From NCBI GenBank assembly GCA_051294905.1, contig CM119373.1:12214001-12278000 (forward strand): DNA of 64,000 nucleotides. Reading direction: 5' to 3'. Of the stretch, positions 56,501 through 64,000 are shown one piece after another (position 1 is the first letter of the stretch; each line of letters begins with the position of its first letter). A program made the position numbers and the translations under genes. The DNA is from Botryllus schlosseri. Taxonomy: Eukaryota. The notes below the pieces were generated by a model. The model did no database searches. It worked only from the letters and a program-made list of their open reading frames with translations, and was not told where the DNA came from.

Positions 56501-59500
56501 ACCTTTAACTCTTGAAAAGAGGCACCCGAAAAGTCTTCGAGTTGAATAAATATTTTACTACAATGGATGTTGTATTGAATGCTATCTTCAAGTTCTGTAC
56601 CACAAACCAACTGTTCAAATACTTTATGAGTGAAAAACTGACAAATTTTTACATGAAAAACTTCATTTTAACGAAATCTGGACCTATGAAGAATTCCAGT
56701 AGTTAATATGACGGATTATGGTAGAAATAATTAAAATGTATTGTAGTACAACGAAAGCTACTTTCCTACATTATTGGGTGGAAATTGTCTGTCCTTGCTA
56801 AGTTCACCGACAGTGCAAACATCTACGATATAAAAGAAATGCAGGTTGCGAAAATGTTTGACTTTGTAAACCATTTTGACAATATTTCGACCTATCGCTA
56901 CAATTTCGACAAAATTTCGACTTTTATTGACATAATATTGGGTATTATGTGCTACATACACACCACAAAGCGAAGAAAAGTCATATCAGAGATTCTTATC
57001 TAACAATCACATTCCTAAATAAAGATGAGCTAACCTGTAAATAGAAAGAATCTTAGCGTTGGAATCATACAATGTGTGCCACTCACTTCTGGAGTTGGAT
57101 ACTGGAGGTGTTGACTGCATCGGAACAACAGGATTCCAATTAGTATCAGCACTGCAGACCCAGTTTCTTTCGCCGTGTAAGAAGTAGCCCGTCTCACACA
57201 CGTAAATAGCTTCACTTTCGAAAATCTCACCTGTATATTGCAGGTTAGAGTTATCTTTACATACAACCTTGCTGCATAGCTATGTAAATATCGTGAAATG
57301 TATCATCAAGGAATATTCGTGGATGGAGACTTGGAACAACATAACAATACATCATAGATTACTGTATGTCAGTAAACTAGAATATACAGTCTTCATCTAT
57401 GCCGGTAGGAAATATACCGTCTAAAATGTTTCATTTATACCAATTTGTCAAGGCATTAGAATAGATCCTGCACATTAATATCTGCGTTTTACAGTGATAG
57501 ACGGCTATACGATTTGAACGCGGTCCTGCAGGATTACGAAACCACAGTCCTAACCACTGAGTTATTGAAATCATCTATCTCAAAAAAAAATGGATTGATA
57601 AAAAGTCAAACCCAGTTAGCACAGGTAGAGATCCCCTATTTACTTTTCAGTGAAATTAATTCATTACCAATACCTTCCATCTCTATAATGTGACAGATTG
57701 TCTTAATATACCATGTAATATACCAAAGAATGTACGTAATCAAAGGTGAACAGAAAACATAATGTTACATATCAATATTTTATATTATGATATATACCCA
57801 ATATATTCAATTGCATTTAATATTCAAGAAAGCGACCATAGCTCAGTGGTTACACCTCTGATGTTGAAGCATACAAGTCTCGGTTCAATTCGGGATGGCT
57901 ACCTCTGAAGTAACCAGCTCAGTAAAACGGATCCCAGTACAAACGTGTGTGTAAAAAGGAGATGTTACCAACCCGTAACATTTCTGTATCCATTTTCGAC
58001 GTCAACAGGAGTACCACAAGACACCGGCGTGCATGTCGGCACTTTAGTGTAGCTGCGATCACTGCGACAGGTCACTTCGGCCTCTCCAATCATATCGTAG
58101 CCGTCATTGCATTTGTAGCCTACTTGGTCTTGATATTTGGGGCGGGCACTGAATATGAGAGAATATTCCATTTTAGACACTAAGTTTTCAAAAACAATAG
58201 ATCAAATAATGCACAAAAGCAAATCGATTTGTTGAAACGATTATAAGGCAGAGGTTCCAAAACGTTTTTAGTGCAGACATCACCCCACTGGCAGAATATC
58301 CATCAGTACTAATAGGTACCATGCAAAATTCATTGACATTGTCATGGCTGTTGTTATTAACTAAACTATTGTTCAAGGTATTCGTTTACTCGTATCGCAC
58401 ATCTTATATTGTCACAAAACCGCGGGGGTAGCTCATTGAATGCTGTGAAAGACAGTCTGCATTCAACAAAGGTGATCGTGAAGAGCTTCGTGGAGGGACA
58501 GAACTTCAATATACAATTTAATAGTGCGGTATATTCCTATTGAAATGAACCAAAATGTTTTCACTTGACACTCGTATTCGTCAGCAACTAGTAGAGAATT
58601 GGAAAGAACGTTGTATATCAACAATCCCATCACAAAATAAGATGTCAACAGCATGAAATTTTGAATAAGCAGGGTAAAGAGAGCCCGCAAGCTCAATGCA
58701 GTATTTTAAATCGTATACAACTCCTTCTGACTTGGTAGGCCTATTTTGATAGAAGTCGACTACAAGGCAACGGAATGAAAGATGATTATACTGAGTAACG
58801 TTGCCTGAGCAGGAAATGAAATGTAAATTCGCTTAGATGCCTGTGGTTCCTGTGGAACTCGAGTCAAAATTTTTGTGCGCCGTATATATATTGTGTCGTA
58901 TATATGAGTGACAATATAGGCCTACATGTATATAATTCATATGAGAGACATACTTTCTGCATGTCTAGCTCACTTCTGTAACAGGAAACAAACCTGTTGA
59001 TGCCGTCCAACGCAACTTGGCCATCCTCAATTTCCGGCACATTGCCGCATTCGATTCGCTGACACTGATAGTCCTCTGCCGGTGGGATGGCCCACACCCC
59101 AATCTCAGTGCATTCAATGCTGATAAGCGACATATCGTAAGCTACTTCATACCCTTCGTTACATGATACGGAGAATTGAGATTGGAACGTTGTTGTGTCA
59201 TAGGAGCAGTTTGCTGGATGACAAAATAAATTGCAGCAGTTAATATATAATATTGACATTTTTGAAACGGCCTGAGTGGAGTACAAGGCGGCTATATCAT
59301 ATGACAGGCGAGCTCGTATAGTAGTTGAAATGTTTCGTTGTAATGATGATACCGTATTCAGACAAAGCCTGAAGTGGTCCGATTCTCCACAATTGTTGGT
59401 GATTTGAAAAAAAAACTGTTCGATTGGAACATTGATTATATAAATAAATTGAGAATATTTACGTATTGTTTGCTATAAATATCAAATTTGTGCCGAGTAT

Positions 59501-62500
59501 CATCACATATTTTACAGATTTTGTGAAGGTTTCATTGTGGATTCCGAGTCTTACGGAAAATATATTACGAAATTTACAGCCCTCATAATAAACCAAGTCG
59601 AAATTTTTCAGAGAGTGTTCGGAGCACTCAAAATCCAGATTATATTCTTGGAATAATATTCGAAGCTTCTCCGTCGAACACCGAATAAAACTATCTGCAA
59701 TGCATAATAATCGATCAACTTTATGTTTAGACTAATAAGCAATCTTATACTATATTCCGATCTACTTGGCGTGGCTGAATTCAGAAAAAAACTATAGTTT
59801 TAACCTTCTGCCATATTGCTAAAACTACAAAACCTCACTCACCATTATCAATGCATTTTGGTGGATCGCCGCAATCCTTTGCTTCACAGGTTGGCAAAGG
59901 ACCAGGCCCCCAAGATCTGTCCGATAGACACGATATCGAATTTACATCCCCGATCAAATCATAGCCGGCTTCACACTCGTAACGATACTTTGATTCGAAC
60001 AAGTTAATATTCGTGTCATTCTGAGAAACTGCATTTCCGTTCTGAATAATTGGTGGGTCACCACATGATAGCCGCACACACTCAGTGGGGTTTCCTGTAA
60101 TTTGATTATAAACCAAATTGAATCATTAATACATGTCCATAAGCAAATGACACACATTTCTTACCGATATTATTGGGAGTACCCCACGACGCGTCGTCCT
60201 GACAACTGACTTTGTAATCGGTGATGTTGGGCTGATACTCGTAACCTTCGTAGCATTGTGAGGTCACTGTGCTCTCGTAAATCGTGTCGTCAGATTTGCA
60301 TTCAGCGTTTCGGGCACATGCATAAGGACCACAATCGACTGGTTGACATTTTGGCCCTTCTGACCATATTCCGTATCTCTGCAAGGGAATTAAAGTTTGG
60401 CATATCTGACTACGTAACTCGATTACAATCAATACTCGACTAAGATTTGAGTACTCAAATGCTTATGCTCAGCAACAAGTTGAATGTTGACTTAAAACTG
60501 GGCTGATGATTTGGGCTTATTAGTGAAACTTACCTCGCACGTAACGGTTAGGTCTTCTTCAGGCGCCTCGTGGCCTTTGACGCACTCATATGTGAAGGTG
60601 TCTCCGAATCTTGTATCACGCGTGTACGGAGGGACTTCGGCGTTTTGTAGAATAAGAGGCGGACCGCATTGATACAGAACACAGCCCTCTGTTGCGGGTA
60701 CATAGGTCCAATTCCGATCTCCGGTGCATTGAGATCCAAAGTATTCAGTTGGCATTGATTCTGTGCTGTTATTTATACGTTATATGTCAATGAGATGGAT
60801 GAAGTCAGGGTTATCTAAGAAGTTGGAATTGTTGTGAGCAGAGTAACACTAATATTACGCTAGTCTGTGAGTATAATATTAAATTTATATATATCCAAAG
60901 GCGGTCAAAGCAGTCAGTGTTAGCACTCAGGTACATGTAAAAGCAACACAGTATATGTGTACTCGAGAACAAGTAAAATAGCGATTTCCAAGACATGCCA
61001 TATTTACTTTAAATGGATGCACAAAATATAACTACGGAAAGAAACCGAGTAGGCTAATTAGTTCCAAAAAGTAGATTTGGCTGAGAAATCTCATACTTTC
61101 AGCGATTAATCAGAGGTGGATACTTTCGAAATCACAAGGTGTATCTTTGTGACTAATGGAAAATGACTGATGATGGTACGATTTTTGAAAAGATTTTATA
61201 ACAATTTTATAATTAAAAGCGGTACAAACGTATTTCAAAGTGCCTTTCAACTTTACTAATTCCAAAGCATGCAAATAGGCTTGTCTCAAAAAACATATGC
61301 ACTGCAAGTAAGTCAAACATATTTGGATATTCCGAAGAAGTAGAAGGACTTGAGCACTGACTACCTCTTTGCATATATCTCCAAAAGTACGAGAACCTGC
61401 ATAAAGGTTTTGATGCCACATACGTTCTATGTACCAAATCCCTTGATTTCCATTTTGTGTTCATATTTGCATAATCTCACACTGCTACAATCTCTTTATC
61501 ATTGCCACAGTATTATCAAAATGGTAGCCTATTTATGTTAACTAGCGATTAGGGCTAGCCAAAATCGAGTACTTGTCCCGTCCATGCCACCACAAAAGAA
61601 ATAATGCATGTATCCGTCACATTAAAGATACTTTGGTATTATTTCGACCATATTGATTTCATAGGATTTCTTGACAATGTTGTGGGATGATCATGACTTC
61701 GGAAATGAGTATTCCCAGTAACGTTCGTAGCTTTGTACTATGTCCGGTATGCTGCGACACGGCCAGTCAAGGTTTTAAGGCTTCCTCAGTGGAAAATAGT
61801 AACAAAACTATAATTCTCGTAGTGAATTAACTTTCAGGTGCGAGGAGCGTATAATTTAAGTACTCGAAAAATCGTCTTTTATTTCTCATCTCAAATCATT
61901 AAAATTAATGCTCGGTTCAGATTCGAGTACTTGATTCATTGTGCCCAGCCCTACTAACGATATATCATAACTTTCCAATGAATTTTTACTGCAATTAGTG
62001 TGATGCAAAAGTAAATTTCCAGACAGCTTGAATTGAAGTGGGTCATTTCATAAATTTCAGAGGTTAAATAGTTAACCACCATTTGATAATTTACCGTGTT
62101 GATACCACTAAATATAACCGACGATTATCTGATATTATCTTGAACTTATGGCGTGACTAAACAATTCCGTTGCTACTCACGCTAAAACGTATCCAAAATT
62201 GCATGTGTACTCGGCCACACTCAAATAGGTGTTCGCTTCAGCATGTACCAAAGCATTTGGAACTGCAACAGGAGCGCCGCAAGACACTGGTCTGCATTTG
62301 GGTGCAGGACTTGAGAATTTGCCTGGATAATAAAACAGATATTATGAAACCACGAGTTTGCAAATGGCGATGGAATAAGTCACAATGGGAAGAAGTGATA
62401 TATTTGATCAGTCTCATTACAAAATTTGCACAAATAATTTCTTCTAACTTTGAATTATACCGCTATACGTCGGTGGAGTGAATTGTGACCAGATCAGGGC

Positions 62501-64000
62501 TGTAACCAAGTCACAAGGCTCCGAGTCATAAGTCAATCTCACTTTCGCAGTTTTGACTCGAGTCAAGTTGAGTCATTTTCAATTGACCATCGCGTCAAGT
62601 CAGAGTCCAAGTCAGCGAACAGTGGGTGGAGTCCGAGACACGGTATTATGACTCGAGTTCGCGTCCAAGTCATTGTGTTGACTGCTCAGTTTCCAGTTAA
62701 AGTCTTGCTAAACCTACTTCTTATAACTCTGCTGGGTGATATCGAATGGTTCGCATTCATAATATACTTACTTTCCTCACTTTTAGCAGTTTCTGGTCGC
62801 ATTTTAAGTACAAGTACCAATAGACGAAATCCCAATAGTGTGGTTACTTTACTATTCTTCCAAATCACAATGAAATGTCGGTTTTGGCCGTCTGAGTCTC
62901 GAATCATTTGACTTGGTTCGAGTCATGCGCTATGACTCGAGTCGAGTCGGGCCATTTTCTTGTTTTGAGAAAATGACTCTAGTCAGGTCATGACTCGATT
63001 CATTACAACCCTGGACCACATACAATCTTGAATTTAAAAATGACATTAGCTGAATCAATGATTGAGATCTCGAATCACAATACAATTCACAACCACTGTC
63101 TTCAGAGTTTGAGTTGACAATTCAAGTTTTAATGCAATGACTTCATATTCGTTCAGGGCGTACATGTTTTCAGATGTTCAAAACTGTTGATATGAATAAA
63201 GAGATCACCTAATGAATTTCACCAATAATATATTCACACACAAAAAATGGTTTTTAACATTTTTAAACCTAGTAACCAATGTCACATTCAACTCAACTTC
63301 TATAAAAAGAAATCGAGAACATACCAGAGGCAGTGCATTGTATAGTCGAGTCGGTAGATGGGCCGAATTCAAAGCCATAATCGCATGTGTACGTAACTTT
63401 TTCCGGGTAGTAAACCGCAGAATTTGTAGCGCTAAAAAGACATTGAGAAATGTCAATAATGTGAGTGTTGAAAAACTATAACTTCTAATTGGTGATTGTT
63501 TTGACAGACCCACCTTGTGCCATTAGTCGTAGCTGGCGGCGTACCACATCTCCTTGGAAAACAGGATGGTATGTTTTGTTCCCATTCTCCAGTTGATAGG
63601 CATTTAATGATTACAGTATTGTTTGGGAGCTGCACGTCTTGCCGCATCATCACAAAGCCGACGTCACACTTGTAGGTAGCCTGGTAAAGATGGTAGAAAA
63701 ATCAGTTTGTGATTGCAAAGAGAACGTATCTTTTAAATTCTTAGTTTCAACACTCATGTACGCCATGATGAAAAAGGAAAGTGTCCTTATAACATCCCAT
63801 TGAAGAGAGGGAATTGAACAGGCTTGAAGCACCAATATTGGTCAACGCCTTCAGAACACTTACAAAACACTGGCAAACAGGTTCCAGTTAGGATATTCAC
63901 GATACTTCGAATTCCGAGTAAATAATTCTAAATATTGTACTTACAGAGTCATTGTAACTAATATCACGAATGTTTTATCAGGAGTCTGGCTTGCTTGCAA
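11469..64000 (-). CDS. SVEP1: SVEP1/polydom-like giant Sushi (CCP) repeat protein, 3' portion (about 43 CCP modules plus 3 C-terminal EGF domains); gene continues beyond the window end
   Basis: Hand-spliced GT-AG exons in transcript order: (63945-64000 uncertain), 63514-63680, 63325-63431, 62181-62322, 60534-60765, 60165-60378, 59843-60094, 58994-59213, 57973-58148, 57087-57230, 51232-51411, 49985-50125, 49642-49806, 48900-49134, 48158-48321, 46967-47148, 46142-46304, 45111-45311, 44036-44203, 43391-43562, 42394-42662, 41172-41400, 40287-40441, 38837-39173, 37453-37717, 36707-36860, 36186-36416, 34759-34939, 33785-33909, 33499-33727, 32430-32566, 31644-31826, 30169-30275, 29986-30098, 29620-29710, 29372-29483, 28538-28760, 27650-27774, 26241-26478, 25836-25966, 24976-25149, 23064-23173, 22119-22313, 20648-20769, 19179-19303, 18588-18714, 17641-17801, 16595(or 16585)-16740, 13799-13973(or 14038), 13026-13217, 11469-11587. 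Intron phases match across every junction from 63680 to 16740. Repeated C-x-P-x-x-C linkers, Y-x-C-x-x-GY and C-x(3)-G-x-W-x(4)-P-x-C motifs; about 2900 aa in the window. The CCP array followed by 3 EGF domains at the C-terminus matches SVEP1 architecture. The vWA and pentraxin domains are not in the window, so orthology is inferred. Confidence 0.85.
12495..12641 (-). repeat. Single arm of the second hammerhead/PLE-like family
   Basis: Aligns to 34321-34420; the hammerhead-like motif at 12532-12565 has A14U. Confidence 0.65.
13026..13217 (-). CDS. Exon encoding two EGF domains (RCLYKCHNNGRC...CQKPVCASRCLNGGYC...RCET)
   Basis: Acceptor ttttacag, donor gtgag, 192 nt, phase 1-1, canonical EGF cysteine spacing. 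Confidence 0.92.
14574..15842 (+). mobile_element. hAT-type non-autonomous element hosting the 14922-15504 MITE
   Basis: Ends CAGGGGTCACCAAC / GTTGGCGACACCTG; TSD TATTAAAG/TATTAGAG (7 of 8). Related internal sequence at about 5420-5520 and 19553-19810. Confidence 0.65.
14922..15504 (+). mobile_element. hAT-type MITE, GACTCGAGTC-rich family, full length
   Basis: TIR CAGGGTTGTAA/TTACAACCCTG; perfect 8-bp TSD CTATTTAA (14914-14921, 15505-15512). Confidence 0.85.
16858..17160. mobile_element. Palindromic MITE-like element with an internal third copy of the arm
   Basis: gactcaattccaacctgtagaagcgaagttat (about 16880-16911) is inverted at about 16986-17017; a further diverged inverted arm lies at 17104-17160. 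Confidence 0.5.
18066..18452 (-). mobile_element. Truncated reverse-orientation copy of the GACTCGAGTC MITE
   Basis: One TIR (CAGGGTTGTAA at 18066) plus internal homology; the other end is missing. Related fragments at 2483-2600 and 5806-5903. Confidence 0.7.
19907..19990 (+). repeat. Short 3' tail remnant of the same PLE family as 52157-56616
   Basis: agtcttcgagctcaataaatattttactgcggtggatgttgtattgaaagctatcttcaagtactgcaccacgaaccaac aligns to 56532-56615. Confidence 0.75.
20450..20620 (-). mobile_element. tRNA-derived SINE, central domain resembling the MetaSINE type
   Basis: B box GGTTCGATTCCCGGCCGG followed by CAGACCAAAGAC...ACTTCCCCGCTTGGCGATCAGCATT; family assignment is from memory only. 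Confidence 0.5.
23403..24719. mobile_element. hAT-type non-autonomous transposon (1317 bp)
   Basis: TIR CAGTGGTTCCCAA/TTGGGAACCACTG; perfect 8-bp TSD TCATAGAC (23395-23402, 24720-24727). Confidence 0.85.
34310..34700. mobile_element. Second hammerhead-bearing PLE-like family: two arms in inverted, tail-out orientation
   Basis: About 130 bp inverted homology between 34310-34440 and 34527-34655. Each arm ends in ACCC-CUGACGA-G(7 nt)C-GAA-palindrome-H-GGRU-TTCATTTCAAT. Confidence 0.6.
35860..36060 (+). pseudogene. Possible decayed LINE (CR1/L2-type) APE endonuclease N-terminus
   Basis: Frameshifted ARSIY..KLEG / DLVEVICVST(W) resembles NARSL.NK..EL....DVICVSETW; several stops. Confidence 0.3.
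50230..50510 (+). mobile_element. 3' end of a non-LTR retroelement or SINE with an (ATT)n tail
   Basis: GC-richer body ending in AATAAA followed by about 8 ATT repeats (50484-50510). Confidence 0.4.
51232..51411 (-). CDS. Non-Sushi insert exon (Ser/Gly/acidic, with KRD and RSRR basic sites) lying inside CCP module 9
   Basis: Acceptor tttttgtgacag, donor gtaggt, 180 nt, phase 1-1, open in frame with both flanking exons. Confidence 0.75.
52198..52234 (-). ncRNA. Hammerhead copy in the inverted PLE arm, carrying A14G (predicted inactive)
   Basis: Same as 56507-56543 except GAGA replaces GAAA (position 52211). Confidence 0.65.
52517..53779 (+). pseudogene. PLE reverse transcriptase plus GIY-YIG endonuclease, 5'-truncated, with two in-frame TAA stops
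   Basis: The three track ORFs share one frame. Motifs NVPL.ET, GIAMGSPLGPSLADIFVG, YYRYVDDTF, LHPALQFTVEKE..LPFLDV, VYRKPT, and NVVYEFKCHCDSRYVGRTSRRLFERITQH (GIY-YIG). Confidence 0.92.
54216..54895 (+). pseudogene. KolX-like accessory gene (homologous to the P2X7 cytoplasmic ballast / Zn-binding domain), decayed, with introns
   Basis: CCKEVPRV, KCITVLPGFNSVCLDVDVLEMSYY, RKLKHTAHRNCVRWVWGFCGKIQRKILPACVV and a terminal YTGF; gtaagt..ttcag intron at about 54289-54347; frameshifts and stops. Confidence 0.7.
54946..56230 (-). pseudogene. Kolobok transposase remnant: THAP start, CxxC region and C-terminus; catalytic core deleted
   Basis: GTSCVAYGCSN...VSFHRCP (THAP N-terminus); LIVDRNKLVSIFQHCPMC...GSTLRIKQDCTNC; NDIRHLSPNGNTAGSESFNALLNHFCPK; VPPPLTSSIIKISREEAIARHKTRY. 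Multiple stops and deletions. Confidence 0.7.
56507..56543 (+). ncRNA. Minimal type I hammerhead ribozyme, U3-A8 core variant, in the PLE 3' arm (core intact)
   Basis: AACUC-UUGAAAA-G(AGGCACC)C-GAAA-AGUCU-UC-GAGUU: stem I AACUC/GAGUU, 1-bp stem II, palindromic stem III AAG-U-CUU, predicted cleavage after C56538. Confidence 0.7.
57500..57570 (-). repeat. Degenerate tRNA-like (SINE head) sequence
   Basis: A box TAACTCAGTGG and B-box-like CGTTCAAATC; the stems do not close into a cloverleaf. Confidence 0.5.
57832..57930 (+). repeat. Degenerate tRNA-like (SINE head) sequence
   Basis: A box TAGCTCAGTGG and B box GGTTCAATTC; anticodon and acceptor stems are imperfect. Confidence 0.5.
58478..58730 (-). 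repeat. Single arm of the second hammerhead/PLE-like family, core partly deleted
   Basis: Aligns to 34321-34510 and to the tail at 34645-34710; the CCCCTGA of the core is missing. Confidence 0.65.
61550..61953. mobile_element. hAT-type MITE, TAGGGCT family
   Basis: Ends TAGGGCTAGCC / GCCCAGCCCTA; TSD CTAGCGAT/CTAACGAT (7 of 8). Related ends at about 31231-31569 and 41512. Confidence 0.7.
62495..63013 (+). mobile_element. hAT-type MITE, GACTCGAGTC-rich family, full length
   Basis: Colinear with 14922-15504; TSD GACCAGAT/GACCACAT (7 of 8 match). Confidence 0.85.

Larger units (their letters stand above)
53972..56504 (-). mobile_element. Kolobok-superfamily DNA transposon, internally deleted and non-autonomous (2533 bp)
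   Basis: Perfect 16-bp TIRs AGGTCAACTGCATCTT/AAGATGCAGTTGACCT; TTAA TSD at 53968-53971 and 56505-56508; 5'-RR terminus; convergent transposase and KolX remnants. Confidence 0.85.
52157..56616 (+). mobile_element. Penelope-like retroelement insertion: 5'-truncated RT-GIY-YIG body with an inverted copy of its 3' end, interrupted by a Kolobok transposon
   Basis: 52155-52520 is the reverse complement of 53684-53971 plus 56509-56586 (366 bp, about 6 mismatches). 13-bp direct repeat AAATACTTTATGA at 52144-52156 and 56617-56629. Extra 30-nt tail at 56587-56616. Confidence 0.9.

Noticed and set aside
56758-56810. Small exon (NVCTVGEL...) that could supply the missing Cys of module 9
   Set aside because: The acceptor is good but the only phase-compatible donor is weak, and ECKPVPC at 50125 already provides the C4-linker-C1 motif. 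Not fully excluded.
57500-57930. Functional tRNA genes
   Set aside because: A and B boxes are present, but acceptor, D and anticodon stems do not pair; treated as SINE heads.
13009-62481. Many 60-130 aa track ORFs on the plus strand or in alternative frames
   Set aside because: They are antisense or off-frame shadows of Sushi/EGF exons or lie in repeats; no independent coding signal.

Overview
AT-rich eukaryotic genomic DNA with short GT-AG introns; it looks invertebrate-deuterostome/ascidian-like, but the species cannot be determined from sequence alone. About 52 kb (11469 to the window end) is the 3' part of one very large minus-strand gene. I reconstructed about 50 exons by hand, all phase-consistent except the two junctions noted below. 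They encode about 43 tandem Sushi/CCP modules followed by three EGF domains and a stop, i.e. an SVEP1/polydom-like C-terminus with a longer array than vertebrate SVEP1. Introns and the downstream region are full of hAT-type MITEs (several with 8-bp TSDs), tRNA-derived SINE heads and Penelope-like (PLE) retroelement remnants. The most notable object is in the intron at 51412-57086: a young PLE (RT plus GIY-YIG, inverted terminal arm, 13-bp TSD) whose arms carry a minimal hammerhead ribozyme with a U3-A8 core variant. A decayed Kolobok DNA transposon (THAP transposase plus KolX) has inserted into stem I of one ribozyme copy; the other copy, on the host sense strand, carries the classic inactivating A14G change. 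A second hammerhead-bearing repeat family occurs four times. One Sushi module is split by an 83-aa insert with a furin site and Ser-Gly motifs. All calls are by eye; no searches or folding programs were run.
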